A stretch of 64,000 bases of DNA, taken from assembly GCA_963799485.1 (NCBI GenBank), contig CAWCXJ010000013.1, positions 192,001-256,000 of the forward strand, written 5' to 3'. Made by a program: the position numbers and the translations under genes. The notes under the pieces are model-generated. The model was not told the DNA's origin. It ran no database searches and was given only the letters and a program-made list of their open reading frames with translations. Source of the DNA: an uncultured Trueperaceae bacterium. GTDB lineage: Bacteria > Deinococcota > Deinococci > Deinococcales > Trueperaceae. Below, piece by piece: positions 1-9,813 of this stretch (its first letter is position 1; each line of letters starts with the position of its first letter).

Positions 1-435
1 AACGGCTAGCCCTTCCAGCTGCCGAAAAGAGTCACCGCCGGTCTTAACGAAGCCGGTACCCCGCAGCTTTCCCGCCCGAATCTGCGCGAACGTGCTCGAG
101 CCGACGCCTTCGGCGACCTGATAACCGCAGCTTACAAAACGCCGTAAATGCAGCTTCAGCAGCGGTAAACCCTGCCCTGGGTACGCGATGCTGTTAGCGA
201 AGATGCCGGCAGACAAGGCCAGCCCAAGCAGACCCCGTTACCCTGCGGCATCTGGCGCTAAGTCAACTCGAACCAGAAACGTCGCTTAAGGCCGGTGTCG
301 AAGCCGGGCGTATGAGAGCGGGCCGGGGACTGCTTACGCAAAGTTTAGGCGTAAGCCCTGGACGCGGGTGCTACACCCCAAACGCGTGTGAGTAAATTGC
401 GTATAGTAACACAAACGGTTACTGGAGGTAGAAAG

Positions 436-1920
436 GTGACGCAAGCGACCGAACTGGCTGGGCAAAAAGGTGAGAAGAAAATCGGGACGCTGCAAAAGGC
501 GCTCGAGGTCAATCTGGAGGCGAGTAAATACGGCACGTTCGCCGAAATCGGCGCAGGGCAAGAGGTCGTCAGGTGGTTTTTTCAAGCGGGCGCCGCCGCC
601 GCCACCATCGCCAAATCGATGTCGGCCTACGACATGACGGTCAGCGACGCGATTTACGGGCACGCCAAACGCTACGTCTCGAGAGACCGCCTGGAGACGA
701 TGCTCACTTACGAATACGACCTCTTGATCGAACGCCTGAGCGCGCAGCGGCCCGACACCGAGTTTTTCGTCTTTGCCAATACGGTCGTGGCGCGCGGCTT
801 CAAAGCGGGCGGCGAATATCACGGCTGGATGGGCATCTCGTACCAGTCGCAAGCGGGCGGCGAACCCAACCGCATCGTGATTCACGTGCGGATGCTCGAC
901 AAAGAAACCTTGGCGCAGCAAGAAGCGCTCGGTATCTTGGGCGTCAACCTCATCTACGGGGCGCTCAACTACCAAGACGACGATATCCCCGACGACCTGA
1001 TGCGGGGCCTTTTGGACGACCTCAGCACCGCCCGCGTCGAGGTCGATATGATCGCCTTTTCAGGGCCGCAGTTTAGCGGTACCGACCACCGCCTGATGGC
1101 GCTCAAACTCGTACAGCTAGGTCTTTCCGACGCCGCGATGTTTTCCGCGCAGGGCGAAGTCTTTCAGCCGTCCGAAGTCTTGTACAAAAAACCAATTGTA
1201 GTCGAGCGTGGTTCATTTAGACCCGTTACCTACGTCAACTTAGATATGCTCGCGTGCGCCCGTGGGCAGTTTGAACGGCAGCTCGAGGACGGCGACGGCG
1301 AGATCGTCGAAGTCATGGAAATTACCATGAAAAACCTTTTGGCAACCGGTGAAATCGACTACAACGACTTTTTGGCCCGCGCCGATATCTTGGCGGCAAC
1401 CGGCGCGACGGTTTTAATCTCCAACTACTTCGAATACCACCGCCTGGCAGCCTATTTACGGCGCTACACCAAAAAACCTATCGCCATTACGATGGGTATT
1501 CCCAGCTTGGAGGGGCTTTTTAACGAAGGTTTTTACGAAGACCTTGCAGGGGGCATCTTGGAGTCGTTCGGGCGGTTGTTCAAAAACGACACCCGTTTGT
1601 ACATCTACCCGCTGCAAGACAGCGAAACCGGTCGGCTCACCACTGTGCAAAAGCTCAAAGTCGCGCCGCACCTGCGTAACTTGTACGCGCACCTCGTTGA
1701 AAACGGCTATATCGAGTCGATCGACTTTTACGACAAGAACTTTCTGCATATCTTTTCACGCGACGTGCTCGACAAGATCGCCGCGCACGATCCGTCGTGG
1801 GAAGAGATGGTACCCGAGCAGGTTGCCGCGCTTATTAAAGAGCGTCGGTTTTTCGGTTATGAGCCCCACGCTGCTCCGCAAGCGACGCCAAACGCAGAAA
1901 CCGAGTCGGAGCCTGCTTAA
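436..1920 (+). CDS. Nucleotidyltransferase-like protein (family usually labelled nicotinate-nucleotide adenylyltransferase or, misleadingly, TonB-dependent receptor)
   Basis: Family motifs YGTFAEIGAGQEV, AKSMSAYD and ERGSFRPVT (degenerate GSFxPxH). GTG at 436 follows GGAGG at 424-428; the ORF track start is 388. Confidence 0.6.
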   Translation: MTQATELAGQKGEKKIGTLQKALEVNLEASKYGTFAEIGAGQEVVRWFFQAGAAAATIAKSMSAYDMTVSDAIYGHAKRYVSRDRLETMLTYEYDLLIERLSAQRPDTEFFVFANTVVARGFKAGGEYHGWMGISYQSQAGGEPNRIVIHVRMLDKETLAQQEALGILGVNLIYGALNYQDDDIPDDLMRGLLDDLSTARVEVDMIAFSGPQFSGTDHRLMALKLVQLGLSDAAMFSAQGEVFQPSEVLYKKPIVVERGSFRPVTYVNLDMLACARGQFERQLEDGDGEIVEVMEITMKNLLATGEIDYNDFLARADILAATGATVLISNYFEYHRLAAYLRRYTKKPIAITMGIPSLEGLFNEGFYEDLAGGILESFGRLFKNDTRLYIYPLQDSETGRLTTVQKLKVAPHLRNLYAHLVENGYIESIDFYDKNFLHIFSRDVLDKIAAHDPSWEEMVPEQVAALIKERRFFGYEPHAAPQATPNAETESEPA

Positions 1921-2026
1921 GCTTCAGGAAATGCTTGGGCAAATGGTGGAAACCGAGCTCGAGCCGGGGCGCTGCTTTGCCCGGCGCAGAACACGCAGCA
2001 ATTGACAATGTGCGAAACTAGAGGGT

Positions 2027-2743
2027 ATGAACCTCTCTAACGCGCAGCAAATTGACCTTACCGCGCTCTATTACGGCGCTTTTTTAGTCCATAGCCGCGG
2101 GGACGACGCTTGGTACCTCTACAGTGAAGGGGAGGCCGCCGATCAGGTCGAAGCGTCCGACGCCGAACACTACGTTGCTCACGGCTGGGTGCAGCGCCAG
2201 GGGTTTGAAAGTTCGGTCGATCTGGAGCTTTACGCCCTGACGAGCGCAGGTCAAGAGCTGCTCGAGCCCTACCTCGCGGCTGAAGGGGAGGAAACGGACG
2301 GTGAAGCGGGCGCGCGGCTCCTGCTCGCTGCTACCGCCGGAACGCGGGCGTACCTGCTCTCGGTTCCGGTTTCCCCTGAAGACGTCGAAACGCTCCGGCG
2401 GCGTTTTGTACTGGCCGAAACGCTTTCGGCTGCCGACGATGATTTTGTCGCGCTCGAGTACGGCGCGGACGTGTCGGCCTACGACCCCGAACAGAGCGGA
2501 GAAATTCAGGAGCTGCGCGCCGAGGCGCAGGGGGCGGCGCTGTTGGCGACCTTGCCCGACGACTTCGCCGCCGGCGCGGAACTTACGCTGAGCTGGGCGA
2601 GCGTGCTGGTCAGCGAATCGGGGTTTGCCTTCGCTGCGGGCACGGAGTCCGGGGAGAGGCTCGAGACCGACGAACTCACCGAAACCGAGCTGATGACCCT
2701 CGCCATGACGCTCCTCAGCGACGAGCCTTTGACGCAAGCCTAG
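2027..2743 (+). CDS. Hypothetical acidic protein with a possible N-terminal winged-helix-like segment
   Basis: 238-aa ORF with GAGGG before the ATG. Very Glu/Asp-rich; GWVQ...YALTSAGQELL resembles a wHTH wing. Confidence 0.65.
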   Translation: MNLSNAQQIDLTALYYGAFLVHSRGDDAWYLYSEGEAADQVEASDAEHYVAHGWVQRQGFESSVDLELYALTSAGQELLEPYLAAEGEETDGEAGARLLLAATAGTRAYLLSVPVSPEDVETLRRRFVLAETLSAADDDFVALEYGADVSAYDPEQSGEIQELRAEAQGAALLATLPDDFAAGAELTLSWASVLVSESGFAFAAGTESGERLETDELTETELMTLAMTLLSDEPLTQA

Positions 2744-2768
2744 CGGTGCAAAACGCTAGACTAGCCTT

Positions 2769-3836
2769 ATGAGCGTGCGCCCTAGCGTGCGGGCAGCGCG
2801 GGCGTATCACTTTAGCGCCCGCCCCGCCCGCATCAAACTCGACCAGAACGAATCCCCTTACGACTTGCCCGCTGAACTCAAAGCCGAGGTCTGGGCAAAA
2901 CTTCAAACTCTTTCCTGGAACCGCTACTCCGAACTCGCCGCCGAGCCCTTGCGCGCCGCCATCGCCCGCTTTCACGACTGGGACGAAACCGGGGTCGTCG
3001 TGTCAAACGGCTCGAACGTCCTCATTCAGGCATTTGTGGCAGCGTGCGGTACCGAGCAGCGGGTGCTGAGCGTAAGCCCGACGTTTGCGGTTTACGGCGA
3101 ACAGGCGCGGCTTTTGGGTGCGTCCTTGACCGAAGTGCCGTTGGCAGACGATTTTGGTTTGCCGCTAACTCGCCTTTTGGCTGAGCTAAAACGTGGCCCC
3201 GGCGTCTTTTTTCTGGCAAACCCGGCTGCGCCCACGGGCAATACTTTTTCACCCGACGAGCTGGCAACACTCACCGAGAGCGCCGCGCCGGACTGGACGC
3301 TCGTCTTCGATGAGGCGTACCACCAGTTTGCCGACACCGACCTGTTATCGTTAGCTCGAGCAAATCCGCATACTGCGTCACTCCGCACTTTTAGCAAGGC
3401 GTTCGGTTTAGGCGGTGTCCGGCTCGGGTACGCCCTGACGAGTCCTGAACTGGCGCAAAATGTGCAGAAGTTGCTGCTCCCGTTTTCGGTTTCGGCGCTG
3501 CAAGTCGCGACCGGTTTGACCGTTTTGGAGCACTCCGAATATGTCGCGCTCCGGGCTGCCGAAGCCAAACGCGAACGCGCGTATCTGTTCGGTGAACTGC
3601 AGAGATTGCCCGGCCTCGAGGTCTATCCCTCGCAAACCAACTTTCTCCTCTTCCGCATAGGGAACGCTGAAGGATTTTTTGACGCGCTGCTAAGTGAAGG
3701 CATTCTCGTGCGAAGGCAAGACCATCTGCCGGGGCTTGCGGGTTGCCTGCGCGTTTCGGTCGGAACACCAGAAGAAAACCGTGCGTTTATTGCGGCAGCG
3801 AAAAAAGTGAGTGAGGCGGTGAGGGTGCGTGGCTAG
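2769..3836 (+). CDS. hisC: Histidinol-phosphate aminotransferase
   Basis: KLDQNESP, NGSN, DEAY, RTFSKAFGLGGVRLGY (PLP lysine) and LRVSVGT motifs; adjacent to hisB and hisH. Confidence 0.95.
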   Translation: MSVRPSVRAARAYHFSARPARIKLDQNESPYDLPAELKAEVWAKLQTLSWNRYSELAAEPLRAAIARFHDWDETGVVVSNGSNVLIQAFVAACGTEQRVLSVSPTFAVYGEQARLLGASLTEVPLADDFGLPLTRLLAELKRGPGVFFLANPAAPTGNTFSPDELATLTESAAPDWTLVFDEAYHQFADTDLLSLARANPHTASLRTFSKAFGLGGVRLGYALTSPELAQNVQKLLLPFSVSALQVATGLTVLEHSEYVALRAAEAKRERAYLFGELQRLPGLEVYPSQTNFLLFRIGNAEGFFDALLSEGILVRRQDHLPGLAGCLRVSVGTPEENRAFIAAAKKVSEAVRVRG

Positions 3837-4410
3837 AACCGCGACAGTTAGAAGGGTGACGAATGAGACGCAGCTCGAGGTCACTTTAGACCTGGACGCG
3901 CCAGCGGGCGGCACGGCGGCAACCGGGCACGGTTTTTTAGACCACATGCTGGAGCAGCTCATCCGCCACGGCGCGTTTTCGCTCACCGTAAAAGGTCAGG
4001 GCGACCTTCATATCGACGTGCATCATTTAGCCGAAGACACCGGCATCACGCTCGGACAAGCGTTTGCTGAAGCTTTGGGCGACAAAAAAGGCGTCGCCCG
4101 CTACGCCGACGCGTTTGTGCCGATGGACGAGACGCTGGCGCACGTGGTACTGGATTTTTCCGGGCGGCCCTGGTTGTCGTTCGACCCTGCCGGGTTTGAA
4201 GGCAGTGCAGGCGGGTTTAACGTCCATCACCTCCGCGAGCTGTTGCGCGGATTTTGCAACCACGCGGGCGTCACCATGCACGTGCGGGTACTTTCCGGCG
4301 TAGAGGTGCATCACGTCAGCGAGGCTATCGTCAAGGCGTGGGCGCGGGCGCTCCACGAGGCAACGCAAATTGTTTCGGATACATTGCCCTCAACCAAAGG
4401 GACCCTGTGA
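3829..4410 (+). CDS. hisB: Imidazoleglycerol-phosphate dehydratase
   Basis: RVTNET, FLDHML, DVHHLAED, PMDE, HHVSEA and PSTKGTL signatures. Confidence 0.97.
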   Translation: MARTATVRRVTNETQLEVTLDLDAPAGGTAATGHGFLDHMLEQLIRHGAFSLTVKGQGDLHIDVHHLAEDTGITLGQAFAEALGDKKGVARYADAFVPMDETLAHVVLDFSGRPWLSFDPAGFEGSAGGFNVHHLRELLRGFCNHAGVTMHVRVLSGVEVHHVSEAIVKAWARALHEATQIVSDTLPSTKGTL

Positions 4411-5042
4411 AAAAAAGTGTGAAAGTTGCGCTTATCGATTACGGCGCGAGCAACCTGCACAGCGTTTATAAAGCTCTGGCACGCAGCGGAGCCGAGGTCG
4501 AAGTTGCCACTGACCCCGAGCAGGTCGTACAGGCCGACGCGCTCGTCTTACCGGGGCAAGGCCATTTTCGGCAGGTGATGGCGGCGTTTCTGGCATCCGG
4601 GTTTGAGCCGGTCGTCAGGGCACATATCGCCGCAGAAAAACCTTTCTTGGGAATTTGCGTAGGCTTGCAGCTCTTGATGAACGGATCTGAAGAAGCTCCC
4701 GGCGTGCCAGGTCTGGCGCTTTTACCCGGTACCGTAAAACGTTTTCCCAAAGGTGTGAGCGTACCACAGATGGGCTGGAACCAGATTTTCAAATCGAGCC
4801 AGCCTGCGCTCTTAGACGGTGTTCCCGACGGTGCGTTCGCCTATTTTGCCAACTCGTACTATGTGGACTTTGAAGACGAAGGCGTCCCCGGTGCAACGAC
4901 CGAGTACGGCGGCGTAAGTTTCAAGAGTGCGGTCTCTGCCGGGCAACTCTGCGCCACGCAGTTCCATCCGGAGAAGAGTCAGGCGGTCGGGCTGAAGGTT
5001 TTGGCAAACTTTTGCAGGCTGGTACAACCTTGTACCAGCTAG
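4407..5042 (+). CDS. hisH: Imidazole glycerol phosphate synthase glutaminase subunit
   Basis: IDYGASNL, LPGQG, GICVGLQ (catalytic Cys) and QFHPEKS. GTG at 4407 overlaps the hisB stop (GTGA). Confidence 0.95.
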   Translation: MKKSVKVALIDYGASNLHSVYKALARSGAEVEVATDPEQVVQADALVLPGQGHFRQVMAAFLASGFEPVVRAHIAAEKPFLGICVGLQLLMNGSEEAPGVPGLALLPGTVKRFPKGVSVPQMGWNQIFKSSQPALLDGVPDGAFAYFANSYYVDFEDEGVPGATTEYGGVSFKSAVSAGQLCATQFHPEKSQAVGLKVLANFCRLVQPCTS

Positions 5043-5676
5043 CAGGTGTAGGGTCGCGATCCGAACCGATCTTTCCCTGCTAAAACGGAGACTGAGTTAG
5101 ACCTCTGATGAAACTATGGGGGTGAGATAAACCGGGAATGTCCCGTAGCGCAGAAACGCTGTTGCGAACGAGTACCCGTAGCAGCCAAACTTAAAGAAGC
5201 CGGTGGCTCCGCCGAACTTTGCACACTACGGGTAATCTGCGTTATGTTAAACCGTAAGCCGTTGGGAAAACAGCGCTGTCCACCGACCGGCCCAGTCGAG
5301 AGGCTCGAGCGCTAAACGCTCCGCGTCACCCCGGACAAACGTGTGGTTGCCTAAAAGCAGTGCTAGCGCCAACGCTGCTCGAGCTTAAAAGCCTCCGGCT
5401 AATGTGCCGCCAAGTCCGTAAAAACAAGTTTCAGCACCTCCCACTGCGCCGTGTGAAACCCGGTGAGTAACCCAGTAACCCGGTCTCACCGCTTAAGATA
5501 CTCGCGCGGTGCACCGTTTAAGAGCTAACGTTTGAGGGCGACTTCGGCGGCGCAGTGCGGCACTTCAACGTGGTCAGCGCTTCACCGGGGCGCAGGGCGC
5601 AAGCTACCCCGGCCTCGAGCGTTTCACCAAAAAACTCAGCGTAGAAGACGTTTTGGCATTTTGCTCGGTGCGCGGG

Positions 5677-6657
5677 TCATGTGGTGAAAAAGTCCAGCGG
5701 GGGTAGCGTTTCAGTAAGCGGGGCGTAGTCTGTTATCGGTGCGTGGGCCGCGAGCGCCAGCAACAGTGCCCCGACGACCGGCTCGAAAGGGGAGAGCCCG
5801 GCCTCGGCTCCCGGTAATTCTCGCAAAACGTGGGCGCTTACGGCGTCCCGTAAAGCAGAGCCGGGATGACGCAGCACGCCGCCTGCCAGCACCAGCGGAA
5901 ACGTGTGCCCCAAGCCTACCTTGCGCGCCGCTACGCACGCATATTCGCCGAGCGTTTGACCGGCCTGCCGGACGAGCTCGAGCGCTACCGCGTCGCCTCT
6001 GTCGGCTGCGTCAAGCAACAGGCGAGACAGGCTCGCGCGCCGCCCGGCAGGTTCGGCTTTGCGGGCCGTCAGGTGGTGAAGAACCTTTTCAACGCTCGAG
6101 CAGCCGAAATAGCCCAGTACCGACTCGGTAAGTAAAGTGCTGGGGCCGAGGCCGAGTTCGGCGCGGTAGACCGCCTGCAGCGCGCGTTCACTCAGCTCGG
6201 CCCCGCCGCCCGGCTCCTGCCAGAATGAACTGTGCCAGACGCGTGCACCGCGCCGCGCGCCGATGGCTGCGCCCGTACCACAAACGACCGCGACCCCGTC
6301 TCCGGGTGTACCCGCGCGAAGTGCCCCGAGCGCGTCGTTGACGACAAGAATATGCTTACCGTAGCCGCGAGCCTTTATTTCCCCTCTCCAAAACGCAAAG
6401 TCTTCAGGCCAGTCGGCCCCGACCAGACTAAAACAGCTTGCCGTCAGGTCGGCTGCCGCGACGCCCGCTCCACGCAGCGCCTCCTCGACCGCCGTCGTCA
6501 CCGACGTAAGAGCTGTTTTTTCCGAAACGTAGATGTCGCCGCCGCCGCCGCGTCCCCAACCGCGAACCCGGCCTGAGGCGCTGCACACCAGCGCCACGGT
6601 TTTGGAATTGCCCGCATCGACGCCCAGAAAACAGCCTGAATGCACTTTCGCTACCAC
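5677..6657 (-). CDS. BadF/BadG-family (N-acetylglucosamine kinase-like) sugar kinase
   Basis: GVDAGNSKT, GADWPED, VNDALGAL, VCGTG and LAGGVL ASKHA motifs. Confidence 0.85.
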   Translation of the reverse strand: MVAKVHSGCFLGVDAGNSKTVALVCSASGRVRGWGRGGGGDIYVSEKTALTSVTTAVEEALRGAGVAAADLTASCFSLVGADWPEDFAFWRGEIKARGYGKHILVVNDALGALRAGTPGDGVAVVCGTGAAIGARRGARVWHSSFWQEPGGGAELSERALQAVYRAELGLGPSTLLTESVLGYFGCSSVEKVLHHLTARKAEPAGRRASLSRLLLDAADRGDAVALELVRQAGQTLGEYACVAARKVGLGHTFPLVLAGGVLRHPGSALRDAVSAHVLRELPGAEAGLSPFEPVVGALLLALAAHAPITDYAPLTETLPPLDFFTT

Positions 6658-7940
6658 AACCGTTCGGGCAAATACGCCTTCATCGCGCCCGCCATTTCAT
6701 CGTAGAGCGCTTCGGCTTTAGGAAGCGATAAGACGAGCGGGTGACTCGTCAGGGCTTGCAGAGCGCTCCGGCGGCCTCCCGACCAGGCGGCCTCGGCGGT
6801 AAGCGCCTGATACTCGCCGAGTTGTTTGACCAACCCGACCACCGCTTTAGGCAGCCCACCGCAAACGAGCGGCGTCGCGCCGTTCTTGTTGATGAGTGCC
6901 GGAACTTCGACCACTAAATCATCCGGAAAGTCGGAGAGCGCCCCCCGGTTCGGGACGTTGACGGGCCAGACTTCGTTCTTGTCGTTGTAGAGTGCGTCCA
7001 TCACGTCAAAGGCCAGCTCGAGTTCGTGGATACCGCCTCGCGAGCGCGCCGGCTCGAGTTTCGGTTCTGCCGCTGTCAGCTGCTCCTCGTAGTGCTTCCA
7101 GTAGTCCGGTACCGCCGCCATGATGTCTTCGGCGCGGGTGGTGGGTTTGGCCTGAAGTTCAGCGAACACCTCGTCCTTAAAGTAGTAGTACTGAAAATAC
7201 GACGCGGGCAAACTTTCCATCGTCGCAGCGAGTTTGAGCAGCCGTAAACTCTTCGCGTCAACCCCTGGAGCGGTTGCCCTATACGCAGCCTGAACGAGCG
7301 GAATGAGGTCTTCGCCTTCGTAACGCGCGCGGGTACTCCAGCAGGCGTGGTTGAGGCCGACCATCGTCGCCTCGACCTTGGCGGGGTCTAAACCTGCTGT
7401 TTGGGCCAGCTCGAGCGGAAACGTTAGCGGCCCCTCACAAAGCGAAATCGTCCGAATCTCACTGTGATGTGTGACCGCTTCCGCGACAACATTCACGGGG
7501 TTGGTGTAGTTAAATAGCGCCGCCTGCGGGCAAAGCCGTTCCATCTGCCGAACGAGTTCTTTAACGACGTGGATAGAGCGCAGCGCCATAAAAAACCCGC
7601 CCGGCCCCTGCGTCTCCTGCCCGATGACGCCGTGTTTAAGCGGGATGCTTTCGTCAAGGTGGCGCATCTCAAAGCCGCCCGGACGAAAGCTCGACAACAC
7701 CGCGTCGGCGTCGGGTAAGGCTTCAGCGAGGTTCGTGGTCGTGCAGATGTTTAGCTCGAGCCCTTGCACTTCGGCAAACCGGCGGGTGAGCGCGGCAACC
7801 TGCTCGAGCCGCCCTTCATCCAAATCGACGAGCACGACTTCAGAACCCCGAAAGTTCTCGCCCTGCGCCACAAACGACGCCACCGTACCGGGAGCGCGGG
7901 TGCTGCCGCCGCCCAGATAAACCCACCTAAGCCGCGCCAC
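6651..7940 (-). CDS. Family 4 glycoside hydrolase (6-phospho-beta-glucosidase-like, NAD+/Mn2+-dependent)
   Basis: GGGST NAD site, GQETQGPGG, NYTNP, SLCEGP (metal Cys), GLNH, and VNVPNRG...VVEVP. Confidence 0.92.
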   Translation of the reverse strand: MARLRWVYLGGGSTRAPGTVASFVAQGENFRGSEVVLVDLDEGRLEQVAALTRRFAEVQGLELNICTTTNLAEALPDADAVLSSFRPGGFEMRHLDESIPLKHGVIGQETQGPGGFFMALRSIHVVKELVRQMERLCPQAALFNYTNPVNVVAEAVTHHSEIRTISLCEGPLTFPLELAQTAGLDPAKVEATMVGLNHACWSTRARYEGEDLIPLVQAAYRATAPGVDAKSLRLLKLAATMESLPASYFQYYYFKDEVFAELQAKPTTRAEDIMAAVPDYWKHYEEQLTAAEPKLEPARSRGGIHELELAFDVMDALYNDKNEVWPVNVPNRGALSDFPDDLVVEVPALINKNGATPLVCGGLPKAVVGLVKQLGEYQALTAEAAWSGGRRSALQALTSHPLVLSLPKAEALYDEMAGAMKAYLPERLW

Positions 7941-8742
7941 GAGGTCTTTCCAGCGTTACGGGGTCGTCACAGCTGATGCCCGGGTAGCTGCTATCCGCGT
8001 ACCGAAAGTTTTGTCCGAACCAGACCTGTCGCCCGACCCGGCGGTAACGCGCGAGCGTCCGCAGCGGTTCGGTGCGCCGTTCTCCCTTGTCCGGATCGAC
8101 GTTGACGAGCATGCAGCGTATACAAGGTCCAACACGCTTTAGCCGAAGTGCCCCGATTTGCACGGTCTCCCACCCATCTTCCGCGAACGCCTCGCAGCCC
8201 CTGACGACCAGGTTGGGCCGAAAGCGACGCACATCTACCGGGTTGCCTAGTCGCCCGTTGAGGTCGCCCAAAGACGCTTCGGAGACGAGCAAAAAAGGGT
8301 TGCCGTCGGCGAAACTGACCAAGCTCGGTGCGTGGTCGGGGGAGGGGCGCAGGGTACTTTCGGGCATGTAGACGAGCCGGTAAGCGCCGCCCAAAAGCGT
8401 GCTGAACCAGTCTGTCGCGGCTGCAACAAGCTGCGCGGTCATCGGTTCTTTCCACATCATGACGGTTAACAGCTCACCGTCCGCCGGATAAAGGGGAAGC
8501 TCGAGCTTTGGCATCCCGTCGGCCTCCAACCTCAAACACGCACCCGTAAAACTTGGTTTGAGCAGCGCCAAGTCGGGCCGTTCGCGCTGCGTCACGAGTC
8601 GTCCGTTTGCGTCTACTACCATCCAGCGGCGGTCGTGCTCCAAACCCCGGCGCGCGACCTTAGACGATGCTAGAGAGATCCCTGCCGCCGACTTCACCGG
8701 GTAAACCCACAACTGGCCGAGCGTCCCGACTTTCACGCTCAC
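7927..8742 (-). CDS. MOSC-domain molybdoenzyme (YcbX/mARC-like)
   Basis: YPVKS, DRRWM, FADG.P, RRFRPNLVV and PCIRC. GTG at 8742 overlaps the upstream stop. Confidence 0.9.
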   Translation of the reverse strand: MSVKVGTLGQLWVYPVKSAAGISLASSKVARRGLEHDRRWMVVDANGRLVTQRERPDLALLKPSFTGACLRLEADGMPKLELPLYPADGELLTVMMWKEPMTAQLVAAATDWFSTLLGGAYRLVYMPESTLRPSPDHAPSLVSFADGNPFLLVSEASLGDLNGRLGNPVDVRRFRPNLVVRGCEAFAEDGWETVQIGALRLKRVGPCIRCMLVNVDPDKGERRTEPLRTLARYRRVGRQVWFGQNFRYADSSYPGISCDDPVTLERPRGAA

Positions 8743-9812
8743 GCTTGCGCCGCCTGCTTGACCTGCGCCACCAACTCCGGCTGCTGCTCGGCAGCGTCCG
8801 GGTAGTAAAGCACGCAGCGGGCCAGATGAGCGTGACCAGGCGCGGTTTCGACCAACTCCGGCAGGCGTTCGCGGCAACGCTCAAAGGCGAAGGGGCAGCG
8901 CGGCTCGAACGGGCAGCCCGGCGGGAGCGCGGTAAGGTCGGGGACTTCCCCCTTGGCTTCGAGGGCGTCGGGCTCGAGTCCTGTTTCCGGTTTCGGTGCA
9001 GCGCGTTTTAAGAGCTGCGTATACGGGTGTTTGGGCGCGCGAATAAGCGCGGTCGAGGGGCCGACTTCCATCAGCCTGCCCGCGTACATCACTGCGATAC
9101 GGTCGCTCATATAGTGCGCCCCGGCGAGGTCGTGGGTGATAAACAGCAGCGACAAGCCCTCCTGCTCTTTAAGGTCTAGGAGCAGGTTCATGATGTCAAG
9201 GCGGATCGACACGTCGAGCATCGAAGTCGGTTCGTCGGCCAAAATCAGTTCGGGCTGAGGGGCCAGCGCCCGCGCAATCCCGACGCGCTGCCGTTCACCG
9301 CCGGAGAGTTCGTAAGGGTATTTGTCGAGGTAGCGCTCAGCGGGTTTCAGGCCGCAGCGTTCCAAAAGCGCTTTAACCTTGTCCCTGGCGTTTTTCTGCG
9401 TCGCCAGGCCGTGAACGAGCAGCGGACGCCGTAAAATATGCGACACCGGATAGACCGTGTTCAAAGATGAAAACGGGTCTTGGAAGATCATCTGGACGCG
9501 CCGCCGGTACGCGAGCAAATCGCGCCTACGAAGCGTTACCGGAACCTCCTGACCCGTCAGCGTCATGGTGCCGCCGGTCGGCGCGTAAAGTTTGGCAACG
9601 AGCCGCGCAACAGTCGATTTGCCCGAACCCGACTCGCCGACGAGCCCCAAAACTTCGCGGCGTCCAATTCGTAGATCGACACCCCGAACAGCGGGAACTT
9701 CGCGGGAGCGCCACAAGCCGCCGACCTTGAAGGTTTTCTCGAGCCCGTCCGCGACAAACACGGGAGCGTCGGGTGTGTTCGTATCGGGTGATTTTGTCAC
9801 TGTGACCGTCAT
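8739..9812 (-). CDS. Oligopeptide-type ABC transporter ATP-binding protein (OppF/DppF-like)
   Basis: GESGSGKST, LSGGERQR, DEPTSMLD and C-terminal GCPFEPRC. Confidence 0.93.
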   Translation of the reverse strand: MTVTVTKSPDTNTPDAPVFVADGLEKTFKVGGLWRSREVPAVRGVDLRIGRREVLGLVGESGSGKSTVARLVAKLYAPTGGTMTLTGQEVPVTLRRRDLLAYRRRVQMIFQDPFSSLNTVYPVSHILRRPLLVHGLATQKNARDKVKALLERCGLKPAERYLDKYPYELSGGERQRVGIARALAPQPELILADEPTSMLDVSIRLDIMNLLLDLKEQEGLSLLFITHDLAGAHYMSDRIAVMYAGRLMEVGPSTALIRAPKHPYTQLLKRAAPKPETGLEPDALEAKGEVPDLTALPPGCPFEPRCPFAFERCRERLPELVETAPGHAHLARCVLYYPDAAEQQPELVAQVKQAAQA

Positions 9813-9813
9813 C

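Noticed and set aside
1..333. Partial gene at the window start
   Set aside because: A minus-strand frame is open to the edge but lacks a clear start, RBS or homology.
334..975. 213-aa minus-strand ORF and similar overlapping track ORFs
   Set aside because: They overlap well-supported genes and have no recognisable features.
5105..5158. Hammerhead ribozyme (CTGATGA...GAAAC)
   Set aside because: Extra unpaired bases flank the putative stem II, and no convincing stems I/III or NUH cleavage site were found.
5118..5500. tmRNA or RNase P RNA (starts GGGGGTGA)
   Set aside because: No tRNA-like 3' end, tag frame or GAGGAAAGTCC motif.
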